A stretch of DNA of 64,000 nucleotides from positions 76,910 to 140,909 of the forward strand of contig JBGSZS010000002.1 of assembly GCA_041750285.1 (NCBI GenBank). Reading direction: 5' to 3'. This document shows, one piece after another, positions 7,591 to 17,596 of this stretch. The position numbers and the translations under genes are program-made. Below the pieces are notes generated by a model. That model was not told the origin of the DNA, ran no database searches, and was given only the letters and a program-made list of their open reading frames with translations. This DNA comes from Candidatus Fermentibacteraceae bacterium. GTDB taxonomy: Bacteria > Fermentibacterota > Fermentibacteria > Fermentibacterales > JCC-6. Numbering within the stretch: position 1 is the first letter of the stretch; every line of letters starts with the position of its first letter.

Positions 7591-9666
7591 GTGCAACAGG
7601 ATGGCAGAATAACTTCCCACCCCATATTGCCCTCTCCGGAAGGGAAATGGGTTCGATTCCTCCTCAACGGCAGAGAATGCATCGGGCGTGAGGGGGAAAT
7701 GGTTTCATCGGCGGTGTTCGCCACAGGTCAGAGGGTTTTCGGCCACCATCCCAAAGATGGCTCCCCGCAGGGGCTTTTCTGTGCAAACGGTCAGTGTTCC
7801 CAGTGTACCCTGGTGATTGACGGCGTCGCAAGGAAAAGCTGCATTACGCCCCTCGTGGAAGGGATGCGGGTGTGCACGCTCGAAGGTCTTCCCGAACTCG
7901 GAATGGCTTCCCGTGAGATCGTGAAGCCGCCGGTTTCGATCGAAACCGATGTTCTGGTGATAGGCGCCGGTCCGGCAGGGATGGCAGCTGCCGACGAGAT
8001 GGGCAGCGCCGGTCTCGGTGTCATCCTTGTCGATGACAAGGACAGGCCCGGCGGCAAGCTCGTTCTTCAGACGCACAAGTTCTTTGGTTCAGTTGCGGAC
8101 TGCCACGCGGGAACAAGGGGCGTGCGGATAGCGGAAATGCTTTCAGGGAGCCTGGCCGCCCACCCATCGGTCAAGGTCTGGCTTTCCTCGACGGTTCTCG
8201 CGGTGTTCAGCGACGGGGTCGTGGGGATCCAGCGGCCGGAGGGCTATGCCATGGTCAGGCCCAGGCGTCTGCTCGTGGCTGCCGGCGCCCGCGAGAAGTC
8301 CCTTCCGTTTCCGGGGTGCACACTCCCGGGAGTTTACGGCGCCGGAGCCTTCCAGACCCTTGTGAACCGTGACCTGATAAGATGCAGTTCCCGGATCTTC
8401 ATCCTTGGCGGGGGCAACGTCGGGCTCATAGGGGCCTACCACGCCCTGCAGGCTGGGATGACCGTCGTGGGGATAGCCGAGGGGGCTGCCCGCTGCGGCG
8501 GCTACAAGGTCCACGCGGACAAGATCAGAAGGATGGGAGTGCCGATATACACGGGACACTCGGTGATCTCCGCCCATGGCGGCGAAAAGCTTGAAGCCGT
8601 TACCCTCTGCGCCGTTGACCCGGCTTTCCGCAGCATTCCCGGCACTGAGAAGAGCTTTGCCGTCGACACTCTCCTCGTGGCCGTGGGGCTCAATCCAGTG
8701 AACGAGTTCCACACCAGGGCCGTGGAGTTCGGCATGGATTCCAGACTTGCCGGAGACGCCGAAGAGATAGCGGAAGCGAGCGCGGCGATGTTCGGCGGAA
8801 GGATAAGGGGCAGGGAGATCGCCTGCGAGCTTGCCCCGTCAACCGCTGCCTGTCCCGTGGACTGGTCCGGGAAGGCCATGATCCTCAAGAGCCCCGGGGG
8901 CGAAGTTCTGCCGTATTCCCCTCCCGGCCTTCAAACCGGTGTGTTCCCCGTGCTCCACTGCACTCAGGAGATACCCTGCAATCCGTGCATGACATCCTGT
9001 CCGAAAGACCTCATAGGCACCTCCGGCCACCCCATACTCGGAGTTCCGGAGTACTCCGGCGGATGCATCGGCTGCAGGAAATGCGTTGCTGTATGTCCGG
9101 GGCTGGCGGTCACCCTGGCGGACTTCCGTCGTGACCCCCTGAATCCCACGGTGACGCTTCCCTGGGAGTTCTCCGACGACCTCCTGAAATCCGGCGAAAC
9201 AGTGGAAGTCATGGACTGGGAGGGGGAATCGCTGGGCGGGGGCAGGGTTCTGGGAATCAAACCTGCGCCCGGCTATCCCGGGACCCGGCTGCTCGACCTC
9301 ATCGTCGATTCCGCCATCGCTGACCGGGTGGCGGGTGTCAGGGTTCAGAAGGCCACGGTCACGCTTCCACTGGACAAGCCCCTCGCGACCATTCCCGCAG
9401 ACGATGCCGTGGTGTGCCGGTGCGAAAGGGTCACCGCCGGCGAGATCAGGGCACTTCTCCGAAACGGCGTGCGCGACATGAACCAGCTGAAGGCGCTCAC
9501 AAGGGCGGGTTTCGGCGCCTGCGGGGGAAAGACCTGCAGAACCCTCATTGAATCGGTGATCCGATCCGAGGGCATCCCGCCGGATGAGGTCACGGGCTTC
9601 ACCGAAAGACCGCTGTTCGCCGAGGTGGAACTGGGCCATTTCGCCGGCCCGGGGGAGGATGCGTAA
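7591..9666 (+). CDS. Sarcosine oxidase/proline dehydrogenase alpha-like flavo-iron-sulfur protein (2Fe-2S + FAD/NAD + 4Fe-4S + BFD-like domains)
   Basis: FCANGQCSQC, GAGPAG, GGGNVG, CTQEIPCNPCMTSCP, CIGCRKCVAVCP, VCRCERV..GACGGKTC; probable GTG start at 7591 after GGAG. Confidence 0.85.
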   Translation: MQQDGRITSHPILPSPEGKWVRFLLNGRECIGREGEMVSSAVFATGQRVFGHHPKDGSPQGLFCANGQCSQCTLVIDGVARKSCITPLVEGMRVCTLEGLPELGMASREIVKPPVSIETDVLVIGAGPAGMAAADEMGSAGLGVILVDDKDRPGGKLVLQTHKFFGSVADCHAGTRGVRIAEMLSGSLAAHPSVKVWLSSTVLAVFSDGVVGIQRPEGYAMVRPRRLLVAAGAREKSLPFPGCTLPGVYGAGAFQTLVNRDLIRCSSRIFILGGGNVGLIGAYHALQAGMTVVGIAEGAARCGGYKVHADKIRRMGVPIYTGHSVISAHGGEKLEAVTLCAVDPAFRSIPGTEKSFAVDTLLVAVGLNPVNEFHTRAVEFGMDSRLAGDAEEIAEASAAMFGGRIRGREIACELAPSTAACPVDWSGKAMILKSPGGEVLPYSPPGLQTGVFPVLHCTQEIPCNPCMTSCPKDLIGTSGHPILGVPEYSGGCIGCRKCVAVCPGLAVTLADFRRDPLNPTVTLPWEFSDDLLKSGETVEVMDWEGESLGGGRVLGIKPAPGYPGTRLLDLIVDSAIADRVAGVRVQKATVTLPLDKPLATIPADDAVVCRCERVTAGEIRALLRNGVRDMNQLKALTRAGFGACGGKTCRTLIESVIRSEGIPPDEVTGFTERPLFAEVELGHFAGPGEDA

Positions 9667-9667
9667 T

Positions 9668-10810
9668 ATGAATGCCGATGTGATCGTTATCGGAGCTGGA
9701 AGTGTTGGCACCCCCCTGGCTATGTACCTTTCCGAGGCAGGTGTTCGAACCCTCGTCATCGATGCCGGAGCATCCGCCGGACAGGGCAACAACAAATGTG
9801 CCATCGGGGGTATCCGGGCCACCCATGGCGACCCTGCGAAAGTTGCGCTGTGCCTCGACTCTCTGGCCGTGTTCCGCACCTGGCAGGAAGAACACGGAGA
9901 GTCGATCGGCTGGCATCAGGGCGGTTACTCCTTCGTGGCCTACACGCGTGAGATCGCCGATTCGCTTCGGGGAATGATCCCCTCTCAAAGGCAGGCGGGG
10001 CTCGACATCGACTGGCACGACCCCGGTTTCATCCGCGAACTCGTTCCAGGGATCAACCCCGATGGGCTTCTGGGCGGAACCTTCTCCCCCGGCGACGGCA
10101 GCGCCAGCCCCATGAAAAGCTGCTACGCCTTCCACTCGAGGGCGGCGGCGCTGGGCGCCCGCTTCCTGTTCAGGGAGCGCGTGACCGGAATCGAAGGAAG
10201 CGCGGGTGTATACACGGTCAGAACCAATCTCGGCTCGCACCGGTCCGGGGTACTGGTGAACTGCGCCGGTTCCAGCGCACGGGAAATCGGGCGCATGGTC
10301 GGCATTGACCTTCCGGTCGTACCCGACAGCCATGAAGCCGGAATAACCGAACCGGTCAGAAGATTCTTCCACCCCATGGTGGTTGACCTCAGGCGTGTGC
10401 CGGGTTCGTCCAACTACTACTTCTACCAGTACGACTCAGGCCAGGTGGTTTTCTGCGTGTCGCCCGACCCCTTGATCACCGGCACCGATCACAGGGAAAC
10501 CTCGGTCTTCCTGCCACAGGTAGCCTCGAGAATGGTCAACCTGTGGCCCGCTCTGGCCAACCTGAAGGTCCGCCGGACATGGCGGGGGTGCTACCCCCAG
10601 ACACCGGACGGGTCTCCCATCATTGGTCAGGCGGGGCCCGAGGGAAGCTACGTGGCTGTGGGTATGTGCGGACAGGGCTTCATGCTGGGTCCCGGGGCCG
10701 GTTCGGCCCTGGCACGGTTGATCACCGGACAGCCCACCCCGACGGATCTCATGGTGATGGAGTCGATGAGGGCGGACAGGGAGTTCGTCAGCACCGAGGC
10801 TCTGAAGTAG
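9668..10810 (+). CDS. FAD-dependent oxidoreductase, sarcosine oxidase beta/DAO family
   Basis: VIVIGAGSVG, GGIRA, VRRTWRGCYPQTPDGSPIIG, GMCGQGFMLGPG; starts 1 nt after the alpha-subunit stop. Confidence 0.88.
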   Translation: MNADVIVIGAGSVGTPLAMYLSEAGVRTLVIDAGASAGQGNNKCAIGGIRATHGDPAKVALCLDSLAVFRTWQEEHGESIGWHQGGYSFVAYTREIADSLRGMIPSQRQAGLDIDWHDPGFIRELVPGINPDGLLGGTFSPGDGSASPMKSCYAFHSRAAALGARFLFRERVTGIEGSAGVYTVRTNLGSHRSGVLVNCAGSSAREIGRMVGIDLPVVPDSHEAGITEPVRRFFHPMVVDLRRVPGSSNYYFYQYDSGQVVFCVSPDPLITGTDHRETSVFLPQVASRMVNLWPALANLKVRRTWRGCYPQTPDGSPIIGQAGPEGSYVAVGMCGQGFMLGPGAGSALARLITGQPTPTDLMVMESMRADREFVSTEALK

Positions 10811-10811
10811 C

Positions 10812-11225
10812 TCAGAGGGAGATCAGCACACCGGCCGCAAGAGCCATTGCTATTCCCGCGTAGTTCAGTGCGGAGAGCCGTTCCTTCAGGAACAGGACCC
10901 CGAAGGCAACCGCGAATATCGGGTAAAGGGCGCTGATGGCCGTTGTGGTGCTTACGGGACCCTCCGACAGGGCCTTCTGGAAGAACACCACCGCAAGGCC
11001 GCCCAGAATGCCGGCAAACACGGCAATCGCAACTCCGGTTGTGTCCATTCCCCTGAGGCTCTTCCCCAGGCTCGTGAATATTACCACGGTCGTGGTTACC
11101 GATGCTATGGTGTACACCATTACCGATGGCCAGTGCCCGATCCGCTGGGCCGACAGTTTTATGAGAATGGCCCATACCCCCCACATGCTGGTGGCGGCAA
11201 GGCTGTAGAGAATGTGCTTCTGCAA
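10812..11225 (-). CDS. EamA/DMT family small transporter
   Basis: MWGVWAILIK, FQKALSEGPVS..ISALYP..LFLKERLS; TTG start after GGAGG. Confidence 0.85.
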   Translation of the reverse strand: MQKHILYSLAATSMWGVWAILIKLSAQRIGHWPSVMVYTIASVTTTVVIFTSLGKSLRGMDTTGVAIAVFAGILGGLAVVFFQKALSEGPVSTTTAISALYPIFAVAFGVLFLKERLSALNYAGIAMALAAGVLISL

Positions 11226-11375
11226 CGCAATACCTCCTGAACCCCCGATCATCGCTCCAAGGCCACGGTTGCGCAAGGAGCGCCGCTTCGGAACACCGGC
11301 TTTCTGCCGGGGATACTGAAGGCTATAATCCTTTCTTCGCAACAGTTCATGAAACTCTCCCGGGAGGCTTGAAAA

Positions 11376-13043
11376 GTGATAAACAGGTATCTTTTTCTGA
11401 TCCTTGTCGTTGCCCTTGCACAGGGGCTTTACGCCGAGATGTCGGTCTGCGGGACCGAAGAGCTGATGCCCATCGGCTTCACCGAGTCGGAACTTGCCAA
11501 GCTTCCCATGCGGGGCGGCAGGTTCGAACCCACTGCGCCGCCTCCCGCCGGGGTGCGGAACCCGGGCGAGTTCGAGGCGGCCACGGGGATAATGGTGAGA
11601 TGGCCTCTGGGCGTGCCCTACAGCTTCCTCACCGATGTCTCCAACAACTCATACCTGTGGGTGATAGTGTCCAGCACCCAGCAGACAACGGCTTACAACT
11701 CCCTCCAGAGCGCCGGGGTGAACATGGACAACACCGGCTTCATCATAGCCCCGACGAATTCGGTCTGGGTGAGGGACTACGGCCCATGGTTCATCACACT
11801 GCCGGACGGCACCCAGGGAATATTCAACTACGAATACAACCGTCCCGAGCGCCCGCAGGACAACCTGATCCCAATCGCCATCGGCGCGGCCTGGGGAATC
11901 CCCGTCTACTCTTCGTCCATAATCCACACCGGCGGCAACTACATGTCGGGAGGGCTCGGTGAATCCATGTCCACCAACCTCGTCTACGTTGAGAACGACG
12001 AGCCCGATACATGGGTGGACCTTCAGATGTATGATTACCTGGGCGTTACCGACTACAGCACCTTCCCTGACCCACAGGGCAGCTACATCGACCACATCGA
12101 CTGCTGGTCGAAGATGCTTTCTCCGGACCGCCTGATGGTCCTTCAGGTGCCGCCATCCCATCCCGACTACGCCGCCCTCGAAGCCGTCGCGAGCCTGATG
12201 GCCACAATGGAGTGCCCGTACGGATACCCCTGGGATGTCTACAGGGTCTACTCGAGCGGAACCGAGGGCTACGTGAACGGTCTGCTCCACAACGACACGT
12301 ACTACATGCCAATATGGAATACCGGCAACGACTCACCTGCGGTGGCATCCTTCCAGCAGGCCCTGCCGGGCTACACGGTCAAGACCGTCTTCTATTCGGG
12401 ATTCCAGAACACGGACGCCCTTCACTGCCGGAGCCGCAACGTGATGGACCGCTACGCGCTCTGGGTTGACCACACTCCCGTGAATCAGGAACAGGGCACG
12501 GGCGCGGTGACCGTCGAGGCCTTCATAAGACCCCATCCCGACAACACGCTCACCAGCCACAACCTCAACTACCGCACGGGCTCGGGAAGTTTCACGACCG
12601 TGGCCATGACCTCCATGGGCGGCAACATCTACTCGGCCCAGATCCCGGGTTACGGTCCGGGAACCACGGTGGAGTACTACATCTCCGCTTCCGACAACTC
12701 AGGTCGCACTGCCCAGCATCCCCTCTTCGCCCCCGATTCGTGGTTCAACACGTACTCCACGGGCGGAACGGGGATCTCGGACCTCGAGAATCCCGTAATG
12801 GGTGTTTCGATGCTGTCCCCCAACCCTTTCAGCACCGCGATGGTTTTTTCCACCGAAGGCAGGCCGGGAGACATGATGGTGTTCGACGCATCCGGAAGGC
12901 TCGTCCACCGCACCACCACGACGGGAGAGGCTCTTCTGCAGTGGGTTCCCGCTTCCGGCATCCCAAGCGGGGTCTACTTCGCCGTTCTTGAGATCCAGGG
13001 CAACACCAGTTCACGGGCTCTGGTCTACCTTGAGGGAAGGTAA
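11376..13043 (+). CDS. Secreted agmatine deiminase/peptidylarginine deiminase (PPAD-like) with T9SS-like C-terminal domain
   Basis: Signal peptide, PGEFE, WVRDYGP, GGNYM, DHIDCW, DALHCRS catalytic motifs; C-terminal SPNPF..FDASGRLV..SGVYF. Confidence 0.88.
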   Translation: MINRYLFLILVVALAQGLYAEMSVCGTEELMPIGFTESELAKLPMRGGRFEPTAPPPAGVRNPGEFEAATGIMVRWPLGVPYSFLTDVSNNSYLWVIVSSTQQTTAYNSLQSAGVNMDNTGFIIAPTNSVWVRDYGPWFITLPDGTQGIFNYEYNRPERPQDNLIPIAIGAAWGIPVYSSSIIHTGGNYMSGGLGESMSTNLVYVENDEPDTWVDLQMYDYLGVTDYSTFPDPQGSYIDHIDCWSKMLSPDRLMVLQVPPSHPDYAALEAVASLMATMECPYGYPWDVYRVYSSGTEGYVNGLLHNDTYYMPIWNTGNDSPAVASFQQALPGYTVKTVFYSGFQNTDALHCRSRNVMDRYALWVDHTPVNQEQGTGAVTVEAFIRPHPDNTLTSHNLNYRTGSGSFTTVAMTSMGGNIYSAQIPGYGPGTTVEYYISASDNSGRTAQHPLFAPDSWFNTYSTGGTGISDLENPVMGVSMLSPNPFSTAMVFSTEGRPGDMMVFDASGRLVHRTTTTGEALLQWVPASGIPSGVYFAVLEIQGNTSSRALVYLEGR

Positions 13044-13046
13044 GCG

Positions 13047-13403
13047 ATGAAAAGGGCATTGACAGTTGTTCTGCTTGCGGCCGTTCTTGCGCACGCTGCA
13101 ACGGTTACGCTGGTGAACGGAACGAGGGGCTGGGTCCTCAGTGACGTTTTCGTGAGGCCTGCCGGTTCCGGCTCGGATTGGGGTGAGGACCGTCTGGGTG
13201 ACGGGGGTTTCATAGGCATCGGGGCCAGCTGGTCACTTGAAGTGGACCCCGGCGTCTACGACATCAGGGTCGAGGATACGGACGGCGATGGCTACATACG
13301 TCTTTCGGTCCCCCTGGAAACGGCCTTCCGCTGGAAGGTGACCCTCGAGGACATGAACGATCCTCTCCAGACGGCGAACCCGGTATACACGTGGGGTGGT
13401 TGA
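13047..13403 (+). CDS. Small secreted hypothetical protein (beta-sandwich-like)
   Basis: Signal peptide MKRALTVVLLAAVLAHA; DWGEDRLG..YDIRVEDTDGD. Confidence 0.75.
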   Translation: MKRALTVVLLAAVLAHAATVTLVNGTRGWVLSDVFVRPAGSGSDWGEDRLGDGGFIGIGASWSLEVDPGVYDIRVEDTDGDGYIRLSVPLETAFRWKVTLEDMNDPLQTANPVYTWGG

Positions 13404-13414
13404 CAGTAGCAAAT

Positions 13415-13430
13415 GCCTTCAGTTGAAGGC
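13415..13430. terminator. Short hairpin between convergent genes
   Basis: GCCTTC-AGTT-GAAGGC between stops at 13403 (+) and 13430 (-). Confidence 0.4.
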
Positions 13431-14512
13431 TATACGTTGACTATCCGGTACTCCCTGGCGCCCAACCCCATGCGTTCACCGAGCTCAAGGGCTTTCGTGC
13501 CGTCGGTCTGGGGTCTGTGAGCCCTGAACTTGTCAGTACCCGCGGGGCATGTGACGGGCGATCCCTGGATCGTTTCCGCGGCAGTGACCATGTCCAGGGA
13601 TGCCTGGTCGAGAGCTACCGGGTCCTTTGACGCAAGGACTCCGATGTCGGCCACCATCGGGTTTCCACCGTTCCTCATGCAGTCGCAGTCCGGCGTGACG
13701 TTCAGAAGGAAGTTCACGCAGTACTTCACCCTGACGGTGAGGGTAACGGCAAGGGCGTATTCTGTGAGCCTCCGCAGGAACTCGCCCGATTCCTGATTCC
13801 AGTCCACCCCTATCGCGCCGACCGGGCACCTCTGCAGGCATTCGCCGCAGCCCGTGCACCGTGAAGCGTTCAGAACCGCGAGCCCTTCCTGCATCGAAAG
13901 GGCTCCCGATCCGCAGGCCTCAATGCATGTGCCGCACCCCGAGCAGAACTTTGCCTTCACCCGAGGTTTCACCGACGAGTGCTGGAAGAGCTTCCCGCCT
14001 CTGGAGGCGAAACCCATCCCCAGGTTTTTCAGGGTCCCCCCGAAACCGGCCAGCAGATGCCCCTTGAAATGGCTTAGAACGACTGCCGCATCGACTTCGG
14101 AGAGTATCGACGCAAGCCTTGCAGTTCGTGTTTCGCACCAGCTCGGAAGGTCGACCTTGATCTCGCTGGTGCCCCTCAGGCCGTCGGCAACAATGAAGGG
14201 GGGAAGCCCCGGCATTGAGAACCCGTGCTGATGGGCCAGAACATGGTAATCGGGTGCCGTCATCCTTCTTCCGCCGTAGAGAACGGTTGTGTCGGTCAGA
14301 AATGCGCGTCCAGCGGGGAGATCGAATGCATCGACGACCTGTTTCACGATCCGGGCCGGGATGAAGGTGGTGTTTCCATCCTCTCCGGGGTGGATCTTGA
14401 AAGCGGCAATGCTCGTGCCCTTTTGCGGAATCACGGCGCCAGCCGGCATTACAAGCCTTTTAAAGCCCTCGGGGTTCATCTCGGACACGGGGAGGAAATA
14501 CACATCAGCCAT
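13430..14512 (-). CDS. DUF362 domain protein with 2x[4Fe-4S] ferredoxin domain
   Basis: KIHPGEDGN, TDTTVLYGGRR, SHFKGH..GFGGTLKNLGMG, CSGCGTCIEAC, CTGCGECLQRCP, PDCDC, DPVALDQAS. Confidence 0.88.
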   Translation of the reverse strand: MADVYFLPVSEMNPEGFKRLVMPAGAVIPQKGTSIAAFKIHPGEDGNTTFIPARIVKQVVDAFDLPAGRAFLTDTTVLYGGRRMTAPDYHVLAHQHGFSMPGLPPFIVADGLRGTSEIKVDLPSWCETRTARLASILSEVDAAVVLSHFKGHLLAGFGGTLKNLGMGFASRGGKLFQHSSVKPRVKAKFCSGCGTCIEACGSGALSMQEGLAVLNASRCTGCGECLQRCPVGAIGVDWNQESGEFLRRLTEYALAVTLTVRVKYCVNFLLNVTPDCDCMRNGGNPMVADIGVLASKDPVALDQASLDMVTAAETIQGSPVTCPAGTDKFRAHRPQTDGTKALELGERMGLGAREYRIVNV

Positions 14513-14595
14513 TTTCACCGCCTTTCGGAGAATGGAATATAACCGAATGCCGCAGTTTGCTTGCGGCTCTTTTCCTTTCAAAGTATTCTTCGGCC

Positions 14596-15738
14596 ATGAG
14601 CAGTCTAGTCTGGGTGGAACTCGAAGCCGGCGCTCCCGATCACAACCTGCGGGAGATCCGCCGAAGCCATGGTTTCAGCGGCATACACTGCGCGGTGCTG
14701 AAGAGCAACGCATACGGTCACGGCATCAGGGAGATGCGGACGCTTGTTGACGGGGCCCACTGGCTTGCCGTGAACTCCCTCGACGAGGGCCTTGAACTGA
14801 GGGGGCTGGGGGAAACCAGACCAGTCCTCCTTCTGGGACATGTTGACCTGGCCAGGCTTTCCGAAGCGCGCGAGGCCGACCTCAGGCTGATCGTCTACAA
14901 CAGTGAAACGCTGGAGGCCATCGCCGCACTGCCTTCTTCCGGCAGAAAACTCAGGTTGCACCTTCATCTGGAAACGGGCACCTGGCGTCAGGGAGTGCTT
15001 CCTGAACACGCCTGCGGTTTCGCCGGGCGGATAATGAACACCCCCGGCGTCTTCCTCGAGGGCATCAGCACTCATTTCGCCAACATCGAGGACACTCTGG
15101 AACACAACTACGCAAGGATGCAGCTCGATACGTTTGAAAAGGTATGCCGTGATCTTTCCTCGGCGGGCATCGACCCGCCCGTGCGCCACACTGCCTGCAC
15201 GGCGGCAGCCATCCTCTTCCGCAACACTCATTTCAGCATGCTCAGGACAGGAATTGGCGTTTACGGGCTCTGGCCCTCAAGGGAGACCAGACTCTCCGCG
15301 GAAACCGCAGGTCTTCCCATTCCAGCCCTGAAACCCGTGATGACCTGGAAGACCAGGGTCGTTCAGGTGAAGGACGTTCCCAGGGGGTGTTACATAGGCT
15401 ACGGGGGCACTTTCCGCACAACAAGGCCAACCGTTCTGGCGGTCCTGCCCGTGGGCTACGCCGATGGCTACAGGCGCGCTGCGGGGAACGTCGGGTGGGT
15501 TCTTGTAAAGGGCATGCGGGCCCCGGTTCTGGGAAGGGTCTGCATGAACCTCATCATGGTCGACGTGACCGACATTCCCGGCGTGCGTCTCGAGGAAGAG
15601 GTCACCCTTCTCGGTTCTTCCGGTGATGAGAGCATTTCAGCGGAACTCATGGGCTCATGGTGCGGAACCATAAACTACGAGATCGTAACAGGGGTGTCGC
15701 CGCTTCTGCCCCGGCTGATAGTTGGGGGAGAGCGTTGA
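14596..15738 (+). CDS. alr: Alanine racemase
   Basis: AVLKSNAYGHG PLP-lysine motif, GYGG, VGYADGY, GRVCMN, TINYEIV. Confidence 0.95.
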   Translation: MSSLVWVELEAGAPDHNLREIRRSHGFSGIHCAVLKSNAYGHGIREMRTLVDGAHWLAVNSLDEGLELRGLGETRPVLLLGHVDLARLSEAREADLRLIVYNSETLEAIAALPSSGRKLRLHLHLETGTWRQGVLPEHACGFAGRIMNTPGVFLEGISTHFANIEDTLEHNYARMQLDTFEKVCRDLSSAGIDPPVRHTACTAAAILFRNTHFSMLRTGIGVYGLWPSRETRLSAETAGLPIPALKPVMTWKTRVVQVKDVPRGCYIGYGGTFRTTRPTVLAVLPVGYADGYRRAAGNVGWVLVKGMRAPVLGRVCMNLIMVDVTDIPGVRLEEEVTLLGSSGDESISAELMGSWCGTINYEIVTGVSPLLPRLIVGGER

Positions 15739-16496
15739 ACTTCAGGGTCATAGGCTGCGAAGGTTCCAGGCTCGAGGAGAGCAGGCTGGTGACGATGCTT
15801 CTCGGGCACCGGGTGATGCTGGATGCGGGCAGCGCCTGCAGCGTGCCTCCCAGGGTGCAGGACGGACTGGAAATGGTCCTCCTGACGCACGCTCACCTCG
15901 ATCATCTTCTCGAACTGGGCTTTCTGCTTGACAACGTAATCGGTTTCAGAAAGCGGCCGCTCACGGTAATGGGAAGCTCCGCGTGCATATCCATAATCAG
16001 GGAACACTACATGAACGACCGCCTCTGGCCCGACTTCAGCCGCATATCCTCAGGGGGCGTTCCCGTTCTCAGATATCTGGAAATGCCCGATCTTTCGTGG
16101 TTCGAGCTTCCGGGGGGAATAATGGCCATGTCGGTGCCAGTGAATCATCCCGCCGGAGCCCGGGGCTTCATTTTCCGTGCGGGGAACTCGGCCATGGTCT
16201 ACAGCGGTGATACCGGACCAACCGAAGAGCTGTGGCGAAGGGCCCGGGAAATTCCCGAGCTCGCCATGGCATGGGTGGAGTGTTCGTTTCCTGACCGGCT
16301 GCGTGACCTTGCGATAGCCAGTGACCACCTCTGTCCCAGCCTCGCCCGCGACCAGATGACGCTGCTCGGTAGACCCGATATTCCCCATTACGCCTTTCAC
16401 CTGAAGAAACGGCTTCGGGAAGAGACACTCTCCGAGCTGGGAACCGATTTCGTCGTGCCCTCCAACGGAGACAGCTTCCTTCTGGGTGGTCCGTGA
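15735..16496 (+). CDS. Metallo-beta-lactamase-fold hydrolase, class II cyclic-nucleotide phosphodiesterase-like
   Basis: VIGCEGS, LDAGS, LTHAHLDH, MNDRLWPDF, VNHP, SGDTGPT, ECSFP; TTG start overlapping the alr stop. Confidence 0.82.
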   Translation: MNFRVIGCEGSRLEESRLVTMLLGHRVMLDAGSACSVPPRVQDGLEMVLLTHAHLDHLLELGFLLDNVIGFRKRPLTVMGSSACISIIREHYMNDRLWPDFSRISSGGVPVLRYLEMPDLSWFELPGGIMAMSVPVNHPAGARGFIFRAGNSAMVYSGDTGPTEELWRRAREIPELAMAWVECSFPDRLRDLAIASDHLCPSLARDQMTLLGRPDIPHYAFHLKKRLREETLSELGTDFVVPSNGDSFLLGGP

Positions 16497-17596
16497 ACTT
16501 CGGCGCCCTGGCGGGCAGGCGGGTCTGCCTGCTCTCCCATTGCGCGGCCGTGGGAGCCGACCTTCACACCACCGCAAGGGCCTTGCACCGGGAAGGCCTG
16601 TTGCATGCGGTTCTCGGCCCCCAGCACGGGTACTGGGCCGAAACCCAGGACAACATGGTGGAGTGGGAGGGTTTTCTGCACCCTGGGCTCGGGGTTCCCC
16701 TGCACAGCCTGTACGGCGCCACGAGGGTTCCCACCGATGCCATGCTGGAGGGCTCCGATGCCCTACTTGCAGACATCATCGACGTGGGCAGCCGCTACTA
16801 CACCTACATCTACTCCATGGCGTCCACGATGCGGAAATGCAGCGAAAAGGGTATCCCCGTTTTTGTGGTGAACAGACCCAATCCCCTCGGGAACGTCCTG
16901 GTCGAGGGGCCCATCCTCGACCCTGCCTATGAAAGCTTTGTGGGAATGTACCCCATCCCGGTCAGGCACGGGCTTTCGGTCGGGGAACTGGCCCTCCTGT
17001 TCGCCCGGCTCGACGGGCTTCCCGAACCGCATCTGATACAACCCGACGACAGCCCCTGGGTCATGCCAAGCCCCAACATGCCGACACCCGGCACTGCGCT
17101 GGTTTACCCGGGCATGTGTCTGCTCGAGGCCACCAACCTGTCCGAGGGCAGGGGAACCACCAGACCGTTCGAGATATTCGGAGCCCCATGGATCGACCCG
17201 TGGCATCTCGCGGAGGCTCTGGAGGGAACCCCTTTCCTCAGGGGGGCCAGGCTTCGCCCGCTCTATTTCATTCCCACCTTTCAGAAGCATGCCGGAGTGA
17301 AGTGCGGTGGCGCACAGATCCATGTAACCGACCCCGACTCGTTCAGACCCTTTCTCACCGGTCTTGGAATCCTCGAATACTGCTTCAGGTCGGGAGAGAC
17401 CCGCTGGAACCCGCCTCCCTACGAGTACGAGTACCAAAAGATGCCCATCGACATCCTCGCGGGCTCCCCCGGTGTTCGGGAAGCAGTTGACAGCCACGAC
17501 GCCGGGGCTTTGCAGGAGTTGTCGGTCACCCCCCTCTCCAGTTATCGCCGCACCCTCTCAGGGGTGATCGGGGACCCCTTCAGGTTCAGGAACTGA
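16493..17596 (+). CDS. namZ: DUF1343/NamZ exo-beta-N-acetylmuramidase family
   Basis: GPQHG, HSLYG, DVGSRYYTY, NRPNPLG, RHGLSVGELA, PSPNMPT, SEGRGTTRPFE. Confidence 0.9.
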   Translation: MNFGALAGRRVCLLSHCAAVGADLHTTARALHREGLLHAVLGPQHGYWAETQDNMVEWEGFLHPGLGVPLHSLYGATRVPTDAMLEGSDALLADIIDVGSRYYTYIYSMASTMRKCSEKGIPVFVVNRPNPLGNVLVEGPILDPAYESFVGMYPIPVRHGLSVGELALLFARLDGLPEPHLIQPDDSPWVMPSPNMPTPGTALVYPGMCLLEATNLSEGRGTTRPFEIFGAPWIDPWHLAEALEGTPFLRGARLRPLYFIPTFQKHAGVKCGGAQIHVTDPDSFRPFLTGLGILEYCFRSGETRWNPPPYEYEYQKMPIDILAGSPGVREAVDSHDAGALQELSVTPLSSYRRTLSGVIGDPFRFRN

